From: an uncultured Clostridium sp.
GTDB lineage: Bacteria > Bacillota > Clostridia > TANB77 > CAG-508
Direction: 5' to 3'
Assembly (NCBI GenBank): GCA_948467875.1
Contig: CAOKFZ010000002.1
Coordinates: 78,180 to 142,179 of the forward strand
Length of the DNA: 64,000 bases
Positions 40,025 to 51,653 of this stretch are shown piece after piece (the stretch's first letter is position 1; each line of letters begins with the position of its first letter). The notes under the pieces were generated by a model. It was given only the letters and a program-made list of their open reading frames with translations. It had not been told where the DNA came from and searched no databases. Made by a program: the position numbers and the translations under genes.

Positions 40025-42361
40025 ATGAAAAAGAGTTTGTATTGCAAAATCATAATGAGTTTTTTGCTTGTATTGTGGGTGCCACTTGTTTCGAGGGCAG
40101 ATAGTGAATTTTTTGTTCCTGAATATACACAAGCATATCAAGAATGGCAAACAATGTCAGAAGAAGAAAAACAAGAATTTATAGAACCGCGAATGTATGA
40201 GGAGCCAGAAGATGAAAATCAAATTCAAACTTTTTCAATAGAATCGAATATGGTAGGAATTAATTTGCCAACAAAGTTTACACGTTCTGATTATGGTGAA
40301 GTTAGAAAACAAAATAGCAATTTGTGTTGGGCATGTTCGGCAGCAACGATGTTTGAGACCAATTATCGTTTAACCAATTATCGAAAAAAGCAATTTTCGG
40401 ATGTACATATGGATTATAGAACGTCTAAAACTTATAATTATGACGGATTTAATAGAAATTATGACATTGGGGGCAATGTCAATGTTGCAATCGCATATGC
40501 GACAAATGGAATGGGAATTGTGGAAAATTCCAACATGACAAGCACGAATTTTAAAAATGCAACACCAATTGCAAAAGTAAGTGATTATGAAATTTTGTCG
40601 AATTCTACAGATATGAAAAAATATTTATATCAACAGGGTGTGCTATCTGCCTATACTTATATGGGAGAACGCTATTTTTCAGGTTCTGTATGGAATAATA
40701 ATGACTTAGCTTACTATTGTTCTGATACAAATCAATCAGCTAATCATGCCATTACCCTTGTCGGTTGGGATGATGATTATACAAATGCAGCTTTCCCAGG
40801 GCAGAAAGGGGCTTATGTTGCATTAAATTCTTATGGAACAGAATTTGGAAAAGATGGTTTGTATTATATTTTTTACAATGATGTTTTTGTGAGAAATGCT
40901 ATTTATTATGCTGTGACCAAAACAGAAAATATCAATTATGATCATCTTTATCAATATGACGAATATGGACAAACAGCGACCATGGGATGGAGCCTTGTCA
41001 ATGGTGGAACATACACAGCTAATGTATTTGAGCGAAAAACAACGCAGCCAGAAATGCTAAATGAACTTGGCATTTATTTCCCAACTGCGCAAAATCTTAC
41101 TATTTATATCAATGCCAACGGAGATGATAAAAATATCAAAAATGCCACTTATGTTTTTTCCACAGGCACAAAAAACAAAGGTTATCACACCATACAATTG
41201 CCAAAAGCTGTGACTTTAAATCAACATAAATTCACAGTTGCTGTTAAGTATAATGGTTATATGGGAGTCGAATTGGCATCCACAGACAAAAGCTCTTGGT
41301 GGTACACCGTTTCTTCCAATTATGGAGAAAGTTACATTTCGCAAAATGGCACCAATTGGCGTGATTTAAAAACAGCTAGTGAGTTAAAGGGACGTGCTGC
41401 GAGTTCTTGTATCAAAGCATTTACCAAAACGATAGAACCAGATTATTCAGCAGAAGTAGGTAGTTACGCTTTCAATGCTCGCTATTATGCAGAACATAAT
41501 TTGGATTTATATCAAGCATTTGGTTACAATGAAAATGCTTTGAAAAATCATTGGGAAACCTGTGGAAAGGCAGAAGGAAGGGCATCATCTTGTATCTACA
41601 ATGGAAAATATTATGTAGAAAATAACCAAGATTTGCAACAGGCGTTTGGAAATAATTATGTTGCTGCCTATCAGCATTTTATCACAAATGGTTATAAAGA
41701 AATGAGAAAAAGTTCACTCGAGTACGATGGGAATTACTATAAAAAACAAAATAATGATTTGCAAAAAATGAATGCCATTCAACTTTTGAGGCATTACGTA
41801 TTTTATGGAAAAGCAGAAAACAGGCAAGCCAATCAGGGGTTTGACATTGTAAACGCCTTATTTGATGCATCTGTGTACGCAAGTGTCAATCCAGACTTAA
41901 TGGCTGCCTTTGGAATGAACGAAGCACTTTTAAAAAATCATTGGTTAAAATATGGAATAGCAGAAGGCAGGATTGCCAGCTTGATATTTGATGCCAAATA
42001 TTATGCTAAGAAAAATGCGGATATAAAAAAAGCATTTGGCAATCATTATACAGCCTTATATCAACATTATGTGAATAACGGATTTGCAGAACAAAGACAA
42101 GCCAGTCCGCTATTTTCAATCCAATATTATGCGCAAAATAATGGAGACGTAAAAGCCGTATTTGGCACAAACGATTTGAAAATTTTATATCATTTTATTT
42201 CCTCTGGAACAAAGGAAGGAAGACGTGCTAGCAGCGATTTTGATGTTGTAGCCTATCGCTTAAAAAATGACGATTTATATCATGCTTTTGGTGCTAATCA
42301 GCAGTTATACTATATTCATTATATGCGATATGGTAGAGCGGAAAACAGAATATGTAAATAA
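40025..42361 (+). CDS. Secreted C1 (papain-like) cysteine peptidase with seven C-terminal ~43-aa tandem repeats
   Basis: A signal peptide is present. Catalytic motifs NLCWACSAA (Cys), NHAITLVGWDDD (His) and NSYGTEFGKDGLYYI (Asn). Seven repeats follow the pattern f..k.YY...N.DL..AFG.N...L..HY...G..EGR.AS. Confidence 0.6.
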   Translation: MKKSLYCKIIMSFLLVLWVPLVSRADSEFFVPEYTQAYQEWQTMSEEEKQEFIEPRMYEEPEDENQIQTFSIESNMVGINLPTKFTRSDYGEVRKQNSNLCWACSAATMFETNYRLTNYRKKQFSDVHMDYRTSKTYNYDGFNRNYDIGGNVNVAIAYATNGMGIVENSNMTSTNFKNATPIAKVSDYEILSNSTDMKKYLYQQGVLSAYTYMGERYFSGSVWNNNDLAYYCSDTNQSANHAITLVGWDDDYTNAAFPGQKGAYVALNSYGTEFGKDGLYYIFYNDVFVRNAIYYAVTKTENINYDHLYQYDEYGQTATMGWSLVNGGTYTANVFERKTTQPEMLNELGIYFPTAQNLTIYINANGDDKNIKNATYVFSTGTKNKGYHTIQLPKAVTLNQHKFTVAVKYNGYMGVELASTDKSSWWYTVSSNYGESYISQNGTNWRDLKTASELKGRAASSCIKAFTKTIEPDYSAEVGSYAFNARYYAEHNLDLYQAFGYNENALKNHWETCGKAEGRASSCIYNGKYYVENNQDLQQAFGNNYVAAYQHFITNGYKEMRKSSLEYDGNYYKKQNNDLQKMNAIQLLRHYVFYGKAENRQANQGFDIVNALFDASVYASVNPDLMAAFGMNEALLKNHWLKYGIAEGRIASLIFDAKYYAKKNADIKKAFGNHYTALYQHYVNNGFAEQRQASPLFSIQYYAQNNGDVKAVFGTNDLKILYHFISSGTKEGRRASSDFDVVAYRLKNDDLYHAFGANQQLYYIHYMRYGRAENRICK

Positions 42362-42372
42362 TGGAGTAGTCA

Positions 42373-43034
42373 ATGCAAAATTTAAAAGTATTATATGAAG
42401 ATAATCATATCATTGTTGTGGAAAAGCCGAGAAATGTTCCATCACAGGGAGACAAAACAGGTGACGAAGACATGCTAACAATCGTAAAAAAATATATCAA
42501 AGAAAAATATCAAAAGCCAGGCGAAGTTTATTTAGGTTTGGTGCATAGGCTAGACAGACCAACACGGACGGTGTCATGGTTTTTGCTAGAACTTCTAAAG
42601 CAGCTTCGAGACTAAGTGAACAAGTTCGTAAGAAAGAATTTCACAAAAAATATCTGGCAATGTGTGATGGAAAAATGGAACAAGAAAAAGATAGCTTTCG
42701 TGATTTTTTGCAGAAAAATGAGAGAACTAATACAAGCAAAGTGGTAGCAGACAATGCCAAAAATGCTAAAGAAGCCATTCTGGATTATGAAATTGTTTCG
42801 TACAATGAAAAAACGAATTTGTCCCTTGTGAAAGTCGATTTGCACACAGGAAGGCATCATCAAATTAGAGTGCAGTTTGCTGCAAGAAATCATAGCTTGT
42901 ATGGAGACCAAAAATATGGCACCAGAGGAAGGGGTAAACCGTTGAGGTTGTGGGCGTATTATTTGAGTTTTGCGCACCCAATCACAAAAGAAAAAATGGA
43001 GTTTGAAGATATTCCAGAAAATTTATTTCAGTGA
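42373..43034 (+). CDS. RluA-family pseudouridine synthase; needs two consecutive +1 shifts at in-frame CGG codons 42565-42567 and 42569-42571
   Basis: Frame A reads ...LVHRLDRPT-CGG-ACG... Skipping both C's gives GGA GGT GTC ATG GTT TTT GCT AGA ACT = HRLDRPTGGVMVFARTSKAA, the catalytic-Asp motif region of RluA-like enzymes. This joins track ORFs 42373..42615 and 42576..43034. Confidence 0.65.
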
Positions 43035-43261
43035 AAAAGTCATAAAGTTAGAAAATCCTGCATATATAGTTAAAGAAGAAACTTTAGGCAGGAGGGCAAA
43101 AATGAAAAAATTTTTGATAGGAGTGTTGCTTGTTGGGACAACCTTAAGTGTTGCAGTGTTGATTTATTTGCTGTATCATTTTGTCACAATCTTGCAACAA
43201 TTGGCTATATAGAAGTTGCTTTCAAGCGCTTCTATCAATACATAAATAAAGGAGAAAAAAG

Positions 43262-44155
43262 ATGGAAATAACGGTTGCAAAAAATGCTGGATTTTGTCCT
43301 GGGGTAGGATTGGCAGTAAAAACAGCAAATGAATTAGTAAAACAAGGCAAGCCTGTCTATTGTTTAGGCGAGATTGTACATAACAGTCAAGTCATTCAGG
43401 ACTTGGAAAACAAAGGCATGGTCACTGTGAATTCAGTAGAAGAAGTGCCAGAAAATGCGACTATGCTTATTAGGTCGCATGGAGAACCACCCATCACTTA
43501 CCAAAAAGCAAAACAGAAAAATTTGAATGTGGTTGATGTAACTTGCAGTAATGTAAAATTAATTCATGATAAAGTAGAATGTGAAAAAGCAAATTCGTTT
43601 ATTATTCTTATTGGTGTGAAAAATCATCCTGAAATGATGGCTACTTTTGGATTTGCTGGAGAAAATGCAGCCATCATTGAAACAGAAGACGATATTTTAG
43701 ATGCTTATCAAGCCTATGAAAAAACAAATTTGGGCTCTGTTTATGTGGTTTCGCAAACGACTTTTTCGAGCCAAAAGTTTGATGAATTAGCGGAAGAAAT
43801 CGTAAGAAATTTTTGGGAAGCAGAAGTCAAAATTGATAAAACGATTTGCAGAACGACGGAAGACAGACAATTAGAAGTCAGAAAAATGGCAAAAGAAATG
43901 GATGCTATGATTATTGTTGGGGGAAAAAAGAGCAGCAATACTAGAAAATTATATGAATTAGCGGAGCAAAGTTGTCCAAAAACATTTTATGTTCAAACAA
44001 GTGAAGATTTGGAAAATATTTTAATGGATGAAAATGACAAAATCGGGATTGCAGCAGGTGCTTCGACACCAAAAGAAGTAATAGACGAAATTAAAAGCGA
44101 AATAGAAAGGAAATGGGAAGGTAGTGGAAATAGCAAGAAATTGGCAAGAATATGA
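43262..44155 (+). CDS. ispH: 4-hydroxy-3-methylbut-2-enyl diphosphate reductase
   Basis: N-terminus AKNAGFCPGV, conserved Cys residues; RBS AAAGGAG. Confidence 0.8.
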   Translation: MEITVAKNAGFCPGVGLAVKTANELVKQGKPVYCLGEIVHNSQVIQDLENKGMVTVNSVEEVPENATMLIRSHGEPPITYQKAKQKNLNVVDVTCSNVKLIHDKVECEKANSFIILIGVKNHPEMMATFGFAGENAAIIETEDDILDAYQAYEKTNLGSVYVVSQTTFSSQKFDELAEEIVRNFWEAEVKIDKTICRTTEDRQLEVRKMAKEMDAMIIVGGKKSSNTRKLYELAEQSCPKTFYVQTSEDLENILMDENDKIGIAAGASTPKEVIDEIKSEIERKWEGSGNSKKLARI

Positions 44156-44984
44156 AATATTAGACATGGCAGATGGGGAAAAACTGGAAGTCTGGAAAAA
44201 TGTAAAATTAATTCGTCCAGACCCACAGATTATCTGGAAAGAAAAGTCATTTCCTACTTTATGGAAAACAGCGGATGCGCGCTATAATCGAAGCAGCCAA
44301 GGTGGCGGTGGATGGAAATATACGAAAAAAATTCCGCAAAATTGGCAAATTCATTATCGAGATTTGACATTTAACATTAAACCAATGGGATTTAAGCACA
44401 CAGGTTTGTTTCCAGAGCAAGCTGTGAATTGGGATTGGATGAGACAAAAGATAGAGCTAGAGAAACGTCCCATTAAAGTTTTGAATTTATTTGCTTATAC
44501 AGGTGGTGCGACAGTGGCTTGTTTAGCTGCTGGTGCTTCTGTTTGTCATGTAGATAGCTCCAAAGGAATGACGGAGTGGGCGAAAGAAAACGTCAAAGCT
44601 TCCAAACTAGAAGACAAATCAGTGCGATTTTTGATTGATGATGTGGTCAAATTTGTGCAGCGCGAAATCAGAAGAGGAAATCACTATGATGCCATTATTA
44701 TGGATCCGCCTTCTTATGGCAGAGGCAAAAATGGCGAGGTGTGGCAGTTTGAAAATCAAATTGCGGATTTGGTGGAATTATGTTTGCAAGTTTTATCAAG
44801 TAAACCCTTATTTTTTTTGATAAATTCTTATACAACAGGGATTTCTTCCAAAGTTTTGGAAAATATTTTGCGTTTAAAATTAAATTTAAAAAAAGGAAAA
44901 ATCACTTCTGGGGAAGTTGGATTGCCTATGAAAAATTCAGATTTGGTGCTACCTTGCGGAATTTTTGGAAGATGGGAAATGTAG
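44124..44984 (+). CDS. Class I SAM-dependent methyltransferase (RlmI/YwbD-like)
   Basis: A Rossmann-like MTase motif is present (VLNLFAYTGGATVACLAAGA... DPPSYG). The GTG start overlaps the ispH end; an alternative ATG start is at 44166. Confidence 0.5.
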   Translation: MEIARNWQEYEILDMADGEKLEVWKNVKLIRPDPQIIWKEKSFPTLWKTADARYNRSSQGGGGWKYTKKIPQNWQIHYRDLTFNIKPMGFKHTGLFPEQAVNWDWMRQKIELEKRPIKVLNLFAYTGGATVACLAAGASVCHVDSSKGMTEWAKENVKASKLEDKSVRFLIDDVVKFVQREIRRGNHYDAIIMDPPSYGRGKNGEVWQFENQIADLVELCLQVLSSKPLFFLINSYTTGISSKVLENILRLKLNLKKGKITSGEVGLPMKNSDLVLPCGIFGRWEM

Positions 44985-45411
44985 AAAATTGTCGAAATAT
45001 GACTACTTTTGTAAAATAAAAACAGCTGTAGCATCTTGAAATTTATGTAAATTTATGATATAATTAATACATTGTGAATTTTAGGCGAAGATGGGGGCGA
45101 TTACATGACAGAAGAGGAAAAATTTAAGAAGAGAATGAAAAAAATCGCGGAATGTCGAAAGCGGATAAAAGAAGGGAAGTGCAAAGGATGTCCTAATTTT
45201 TTGAAACAGGAATGCATATTGTTACTTCCTACGATACGAAAACGGCTTTTTCCGTAGTAAAAAGAAGTCACACAGATTATGGTTGTAATTAGAACTAAAT
45301 CTGTGTGGCTTTATTTATTTTTTACGCTTTTTTTATATTTCGTAAACAAAATAAAATTTTGCAAAATAAGTCGATGTGAAAAAAATAATGTAGAAATTTG
45401 CGAAAAATAAA

Positions 45412-45468
45412 CTATCCACAGACTTATCCACATTATCCACAAGCATAATAAATGAATTTATGTGGATA
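45412..45468. promoter_or_regulatory. DnaA-box cluster: TATCCACAG, TTATCCACA x2 and TGTGGATAA inside an AT-rich region
   Basis: Three perfect and one 8/9 DnaA boxes lie within 57 bp, upstream of pta. AT-rich sequence sits 5' of the cluster. Confidence 0.5.
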
Positions 45469-45591
45469 ACTTCGTAAAAATATTATGTAATTATTTAAAA
45501 TGAGTGAAATTCTGTTTTTGAGTTGCTTGACTTTCAAGATTTTTTTTTATATAATAAAAAAGATAAATGACAAAAATTGGGGGAGAAAAAA

Positions 45592-46587
45592 ATGAGTTTT
45601 ATTGAGGAAATAAAAAATAGAGCCAAAACGAGTTTGAAGACAATTGTGTTGCCCGAAGCGAGTGATGTACGAGTGATTGAAGGAGCATCCATTGCTTTGC
45701 AAGAAGAATATGCGAACATTGTTCTTTTAGGAGACGAGAAAAAAATTCGTGAACTAGCTGAAAAAAATGGATTTGATGTGTCAAAAGCTACCATTATCAA
45801 TCCGAAAACTTCGGAGAAGCGAAATGAATATGCGGAAAAATTATTTGAACTCCGAAAAACAAAAGGTTTGACTTTGGAAAAAGCGCAAGAATTAATACTA
45901 GACGAAGTTTATTTTGGTATGATGATGGTAAAATTGGGGGACAGTGATGGGTTGGTGTCAGGTGCGATTCATTCGACTTCAGATACTTTACGACCAGCGC
46001 TTCAAATTTTGAAAACAGCACCAGATACGAAACTTGTTTCAGCTTTTTTTGTCATGGTTGTGCCAAATTGTGAATATGGCGAAAAAGGAGTTTTCGTGTT
46101 TGGGGATTGTGGTTTGAATGAAAATCCAGAAGCACAAGAATTGGCGGAAATTGCGCATTCTTCTGCTAAAAGTTTTGAACAATTAGTGGGAAAAGAAGCC
46201 AAAATAGGAATGCTTTCGTATTCGACTTATGGAAGTGCAAAATCGGAATTGACGCAAAAAGTGATTGAAGCAACTGCGATTGTGAAAGAAAAATACCCAG
46301 AATTGAAGATTGATGGAGAATTGCAGTTAGATGCGGCTATTGTGCCAGAGGTGGCTCGTTCCAAAGCGCCTAACAGTGAGGTAGCAGGACAATGCAATAC
46401 GCTGATTTTTCCGAATTTGGATGCTGGAAATATTGGGTATAAGTTGACGCAAAGATTGGCAAAAGCAGAAGCATATGGGCCTCTTTGTCAGGGTATTGCT
46501 AAACCTGTGAATGATTTGTCGCGTGGATGCTCGGCAGAGGATATTGCGGGTGTTATTGCAATTACTTGTGTTCAGGCGTTATCTTAA
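45592..46587 (+). CDS. pta: Phosphate acetyltransferase
   Basis: Overall Pta similarity (TIVLPEA...; C-terminus [18 protein letters not shown]). The start is the ATG after GGGGGAG. Confidence 0.85.
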   Translation: MSFIEEIKNRAKTSLKTIVLPEASDVRVIEGASIALQEEYANIVLLGDEKKIRELAEKNGFDVSKATIINPKTSEKRNEYAEKLFELRKTKGLTLEKAQELILDEVYFGMMMVKLGDSDGLVSGAIHSTSDTLRPALQILKTAPDTKLVSAFFVMVVPNCEYGEKGVFVFGDCGLNENPEAQELAEIAHSSAKSFEQLVGKEAKIGMLSYSTYGSAKSELTQKVIEATAIVKEKYPELKIDGELQLDAAIVPEVARSKAPNSEVAGQCNTLIFPNLDAGNIGYKLTQRLAKAEAYGPLCQGIAKPVNDLSRGCSAEDIAGVIAITCVQALS

Positions 46588-46747
46588 GGGGATTTTCCCC
46601 TTAAGAATCCCCACCCAAGGGATGCTGTCCCTTGGAACCCTGCGCCTCGGTCGGCGGGACAAGGTTTGCCAAGTGGAGTGTTTTGCAACTGATTTGTGTC
46701 CGCGCGATGAGCGCGCGAGGAAGTATTGTTATAAAAAGGAGTGTTTT
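46588..46747. repeat. GC-rich palindromic element inserted between pta and ackA
   Basis: Three hairpins: AAGGGGATTTTCCCCTT (perfect palindrome), CCAAGGGATGCTGTCCCTTGG, and CGCGCG-ATGAG-CGCGCG. GC is far above background. No T-tract follows. Confidence 0.4.
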
Positions 46748-47941
46748 ATGAAAATTTTAGTTTTGAATTGTGGAAGTAGTTCGCTAAAGTATCAGTTGAT
46801 GGATATGGAAAGCGAGGAAGTGATAACGAAAGGGACGTATGAGCGAATTGGGCAGAATAATTCGTTTGTGACGATTAAGCAAAAGGGAGAGAAAACAAGA
46901 ATTGAGCATCCGGTCGAAAATCATGAGTTGGCTTTGAAGTTTGTGATGGAAGATTTGCTAACTGGCGAAAAATATGGCGTTATTTCGGATTTGAATGAAA
47001 TTGACGCAGTTGGTCATCGATTGGTGCATGGTGGCGAAAAGTTCAGCAGTTCAGTACTGATTACGGATGAAGTGATTGAGCAAATTAAGGAATGTATTCC
47101 GCTTGCGCCACTTCATAATCCTGCATGTCTTTTGGGAATTGAGGCATGCAAAAAGCAAATTAAGGATACGCCAATGGTGGCTGTTTTTGATACAGCTTTT
47201 CATCAAACGATGCCGAAAGAAAATTATATTTATCCGCTTCCTTATGAATTTTATGAAAAATATAAAATTCGTAAATATGGTTTTCATGGAACGAGCCATA
47301 AATTTGTTTCCAAAAGAGTGGCGCAAGTGATGGGAAAAGATGTGAAAGACTTGAAAATCGTGACTTGTCATTTGGGGCAAGGAGCGTCGCTTTGCGCGGT
47401 TGATGGCGGAAAATCTGTGAACACAAGTATGGGGCTAACACCCCTAGGGGGTATTGCTATGTGTGCCAGATGTGGCGACATGGATCCTTCGATTGTGGGC
47501 TATTTGATGGATACTTTGGGGAAAACGAAAGAAGAGGTCAATAGCATTTTGAATAAAGAATCTGGCGTTTTGGGAATTTCAGGAATTAGCCCAGATTTCC
47601 GAGATGTAGAAGCTGCTTCTGCAGAAGGAAATGAGAGAGCCAAACTTGCGATTGATTTTTATAATCATACAGTTGCAGAATATATTGCACGCTACGCGGT
47701 CTCTATGCAAGGGGTTGATGTGATTGTGTTCACAGCTGGCATTGGGGAAAATCAAATTAATATCCGAAAAGGAATTTGTGAAAAATTGAAATTTATGGGA
47801 GTTGAGATTGACGAAAAGGTAAATAATTGCAGAGGAGAAGAAGTGGAAATTTCGACTTCTAATTCAAAAATCAAAGTTTTTGTGATTCCAACCGATGAGG
47901 AATTGATGATTGCGCGTGATACGAAGGAAATTGTAGGATAA
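46748..47941 (+). CDS. ackA: Acetate kinase
   Basis: [15 protein letters not shown] and HLGQGAS motifs; RBS AAGGAG. Confidence 0.85.
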   Translation: MKILVLNCGSSSLKYQLMDMESEEVITKGTYERIGQNNSFVTIKQKGEKTRIEHPVENHELALKFVMEDLLTGEKYGVISDLNEIDAVGHRLVHGGEKFSSSVLITDEVIEQIKECIPLAPLHNPACLLGIEACKKQIKDTPMVAVFDTAFHQTMPKENYIYPLPYEFYEKYKIRKYGFHGTSHKFVSKRVAQVMGKDVKDLKIVTCHLGQGASLCAVDGGKSVNTSMGLTPLGGIAMCARCGDMDPSIVGYLMDTLGKTKEEVNSILNKESGVLGISGISPDFRDVEAASAEGNERAKLAIDFYNHTVAEYIARYAVSMQGVDVIVFTAGIGENQINIRKGICEKLKFMGVEIDEKVNNCRGEEVEISTSNSKIKVFVIPTDEELMIARDTKEIVG

Positions 47942-48138
47942 AAGAGAGGAAAATGTTTCTTGCAAATTTATTTTTGTGAGAAACATTTATTTTTTTTTGC
48001 AAAACTACTTGACAGTTTCCTAATAAGCATATAAAATAGTAATTAGGAAAATTACAATATAAATTATATATATTAAAAAAGAAATTATAAATAATTTATT
48101 TGTACATTGAAAATTTAATAGAAAAGAGGTAAACAGAA

Positions 48139-49686
48139 GTGATACAAAATGTTTTAATTATTGTTGCCACTGTTCTAATCTCGGCTGTTATTTTTATTCC
48201 AATCGGAGTAAAAATTAGGAAAAAAACAGCAGAATCTAAAATTCAAAGTGCAGAAAGAGAAGCTAGAAGGATATTAGAAAATGTTAAAATAGAAGCTGAA
48301 AATTCTAAAAAAGAAGAATTGATTAAAGCGAAGGAAGAAATTTTACAAATTCGAAATGAATTGGATCAAGAGATTAAAGAAAGAAGAGGCGATATTCAAT
48401 CACAAGAAAAAAGATTAATTCAAAAAGAGGAGAACTTTGATAAAAAAGTAGCTCAATTTGATTTACAAGAAAAAGAACTTCAGAGAAGAATTACAGATAG
48501 CGAGCAAAAAAGACAGGAAATTGAGGAATTGCATGGCAAAAAGTTGGAGGAATTGCAAAGGATTTCTGGTTTGACACAGGAGCAAGCAAGAAAAATATTG
48601 TTAGATCAATTAGAAGATGAATTAACTCAAGAAAAAGCTGCGAAAATTAGAGAATTAGAATCAAAAGCCAAAGAAGAAGCAGATAAAAATGCGAGAGAAA
48701 TTATTGGAAGTGCGATTCAAAAATGTGCCGCAGACCATACTTCTGAGACGACGGTATCCGTAGTTTCTTTGCCAAGTGATGATATGAAAGGTAGAATTAT
48801 TGGTCGTGAAGGTAGAAATATTAAAGCATTAGAAACATTAACTGGGATTGATTTGATTATTGATGATACACCAGAAGCTGTGATTATTTCAGGGTTTGAC
48901 CCATTAAGACGAGAAGTTGCTAAAATTGCTTTGGAAAAATTAATTGATGATGGTAGAATTCATCCTGCTAAAATTGAAGAAATGGTTGAAAAAGCGAAGG
49001 AAGAAGTTTTGTTGTCGATTAAGGAAGCTGGCGAAAGAGCAGCCTTGGAAACAGGTGTCAATAATTTGAATCCAGAGATGATTAAGCTGATTGGAAAATT
49101 GAAGTATAGGACAAGTTATGGACAAAATGTGCTAAATCATTCCATGGAAGTTGCCAATTTAGCTAGAATGATGGCTGATGAATTAGGAGTTAATTCAAAA
49201 ATAGCAAGACGTGCAGGTCTTCTACATGATATTGGCAAAGCGCTAGACCATGATATGGAAGGAACCCACGTGGAAATTGGCGTGGATGTACTTAGAAAAT
49301 TCAAGGAAAATCATGTTGTGATTAATGCAGTGCAAGCGCATCATGGCGATGTTGAACCTGAAACAATTGAAGCTATTTTGGTACAAGCAGCGGATGCGAT
49401 TTCAGCGTCTCGTCCAGGAGCAAGACGTGAAACATTGGAAACCTATATCAAGAGATTGGAAAAATTAGAAGAAATTGCGAATTCTTTTGATGGTGTGGAT
49501 AAATCATTTGCGATTCAAGCAGGACGTGAAGTAAGATTGATTGTAAAGCCAGATAAAGTTTCTGATAGTGAAATGGTCATTATGGCAAGAGAAGTTGCCA
49601 AAAAAGTAGAAAACGAAATGGAATATCCAGGAACGATAAAAGTCAATGTTGTAAGAGAGTCTAGGGTAGTGGATTATGCCAAATAA
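48139..49686 (+). CDS. rny: Ribonuclease Y
   Basis: N-terminal TM, coiled-coil, KH domain ([15 protein letters not shown]) and HD domain (HSMEVANLA...LLHDIGK). Confidence 0.85.
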   Translation: MIQNVLIIVATVLISAVIFIPIGVKIRKKTAESKIQSAEREARRILENVKIEAENSKKEELIKAKEEILQIRNELDQEIKERRGDIQSQEKRLIQKEENFDKKVAQFDLQEKELQRRITDSEQKRQEIEELHGKKLEELQRISGLTQEQARKILLDQLEDELTQEKAAKIRELESKAKEEADKNAREIIGSAIQKCAADHTSETTVSVVSLPSDDMKGRIIGREGRNIKALETLTGIDLIIDDTPEAVIISGFDPLRREVAKIALEKLIDDGRIHPAKIEEMVEKAKEEVLLSIKEAGERAALETGVNNLNPEMIKLIGKLKYRTSYGQNVLNHSMEVANLARMMADELGVNSKIARRAGLLHDIGKALDHDMEGTHVEIGVDVLRKFKENHVVINAVQAHHGDVEPETIEAILVQAADAISASRPGARRETLETYIKRLEKLEEIANSFDGVDKSFAIQAGREVRLIVKPDKVSDSEMVIMAREVAKKVENEMEYPGTIKVNVVRESRVVDYAK

Positions 49687-49909
49687 GAATTGTATAAAAA
49701 CCGAAGTAATGTTAGGGATTACTTCGGTTTTTTTGAATTTATGTTAAGAAAACAATTAGATAGGAAATTTTATCTTGCAAAGAAAATATAAAAACTTACA
49801 ACTAAAATTATGTAAAACATAATGACGTCATTTAATTTGACACCTTATATTTTTTTCTTTTTTGATGTAAACTAGCTTTATAATAAAAAAGAAAGAGGGG
49901 AAACAAAAG

Positions 49910-51590
49910 ATGTTAAAAGAAAATGTTATTTACAAAAAAAGTAAAAAAGGTATTACTTTAATTGCACTCGTTATCACAATTATTGTATTATTAATTCTAG
50001 CAGGTGTGTCAATTAATTTAGTAGCACGGAAGTAATGGAATTTTAGGGAGGGCAACAAAAGCAGTAGATGTGAACAATATGGCGCAAATCAAGGAAGAAA
50101 TTGAACTTAAAATTGCAGAATTGCAAATGGATTATTATATGACAGATAATAATTTTGCAAATGTGAATGATTATGTGAAAGCAGAATTAGAAAAAGGAGT
50201 AGAGCTTCCAAGTGGAGCCGTGATCACAACAGATAGTAATGGAAATTTGAATTACGATGGAGTTCAAATTGGAACACTAAATCCAGATGGAAGTGTAAGC
50301 ATTGATGGCGAGTTTAATGGAAGCCAAATCGTAACAAAATATACAGTTTCATATAATGCAAACGGTGGACAAGGCGGACCTGCGAGCAGTAGGCATGAAA
50401 ATGGAGAAACAGTAACAGTAGATTTTTCAAAAACGCCAACCCAAACAGGATGCACATTTTTAGGTTGGGCAAGAAGTAGCACAGCGACGATGCCTGAGTT
50501 TACAAATTCAGGAAGTTTCACAATAAATGGAAATACAACTTTATATGCGGTTTGGGAGTATGGACAAGCATGGCATGCGGCGCACCCTGAAAAGCATATT
50601 CCAACAGGTTTTGCACACACTGAGGGCACGGTTGACACAGGATATGTTATCAAAGATAGTGAAGGAAATGAGTTCGTGTGGATACCAGTTGCTAATGATG
50701 AGGCATATAGCAAAAAGTTGGGAACGAATAATTATATGTTAAAAGCAGATGATGTGGCAGCAACTTCAATTGCAGATGGAATCAAAGGCGACAAATTAGG
50801 GATGACAAGTATTTTAGGAACAACGATAGAAAATTCAATTACAGCACAACAACCAGAATATGCAGTTGTGAAAAAAGCAGGAGGATTTTGGGTAGGAAGA
50901 TATGAAGCTGGAACAGAGGGCATAGATCGTGGAGAAGGAAGTTATATAGCAGGAATACCAGAATGGTCAAATGATAAATCAGCAGATGCAAATGCCTATT
51001 GGGCAAGTAAGTCAATTACAGTCAAAGCGGGAAATGAGCCAGCAAGAATGATTACACAAAGTAAAGCATTGGAAATAGCTAATAGTTGGAAAAGTGGAAA
51101 TGCAGGAAATGGGACAGTGGCTTTTCAAAGTGGAATGATTACCGGAAGTCAATGGGATGCCATGTGTAAGTTTATTGGTTGGAATATAGCAGATGGAGAT
51201 TGTAGTAGTTGGGGAAATTATTCAAATGTGAAAAGTAAAGTTTATACATCATTGACACACGCAATGGACAGAAGAAGTGACTGGTTTACAGAAAATAATG
51301 TACAGAAAAAAGATGATGATACAAATCGTTGGATATTCCCAACAGGAACATTTATAAATGATAGCAATAAAAATACAGTGCAAAAGAATATTTTCGATGT
51401 AGCAGGAAATGTATGGGAATGGACAACAGAGGTGCCTCAATATGCTGATGGCGCAAACACGGTCTTTCGTGGTGGTAGTGCTTATGACGACAGTTCTGTG
51501 TATGTAGTTGCGAGTCGTTATGGTCCACGTTCTGCTACGATGAGGAGCGAGTGGAGTGTTGGTTTTCGTATAGTGCTTTATGTGGAATAG
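49910..51590 (+). CDS. Surface protein paralog 2 (pilin-like/LBR/FGE-sulfatase); needs a +1 shift at the in-frame CGG at 50027-50029
   Basis: Frame A reads ...SINLVA-CGG-AAG-TAA. Skipping the C gives GGA AGT AAT GGA ATT TTA = VAGSNGILG. The paralog 1 DNA has gcaggaagtaac at the same place, with no C. This joins track ORFs 49909..50035 and 50070..51590. Confidence 0.65.
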
Positions 51591-51605
51591 AATGAAGTTA
51601 GCTGA

Positions 51606-51653
51606 AAATCAAAAACAAACTCTTTGAAAAATTTCAAGGAGTTTGTTTTTTCT
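51606..51653. terminator. Bidirectional terminator hairpin between paralog 2 and the flippase gene
   Basis: AAACAAACTC...GAGTTTGTTTTTTC, with a T-run on both strands. Confidence 0.5.

Noticed and set aside
45300-45580. DnaA-box cluster plus AT-rich tract as the chromosomal origin oriC
   Set aside because: There is no dnaA or dnaN in the window, and the neighbours are pta/ackA and a methyltransferase. It is more likely a secondary DnaA-box cluster or promoter. It is kept as a finding because I cannot exclude an origin without GC-skew data.
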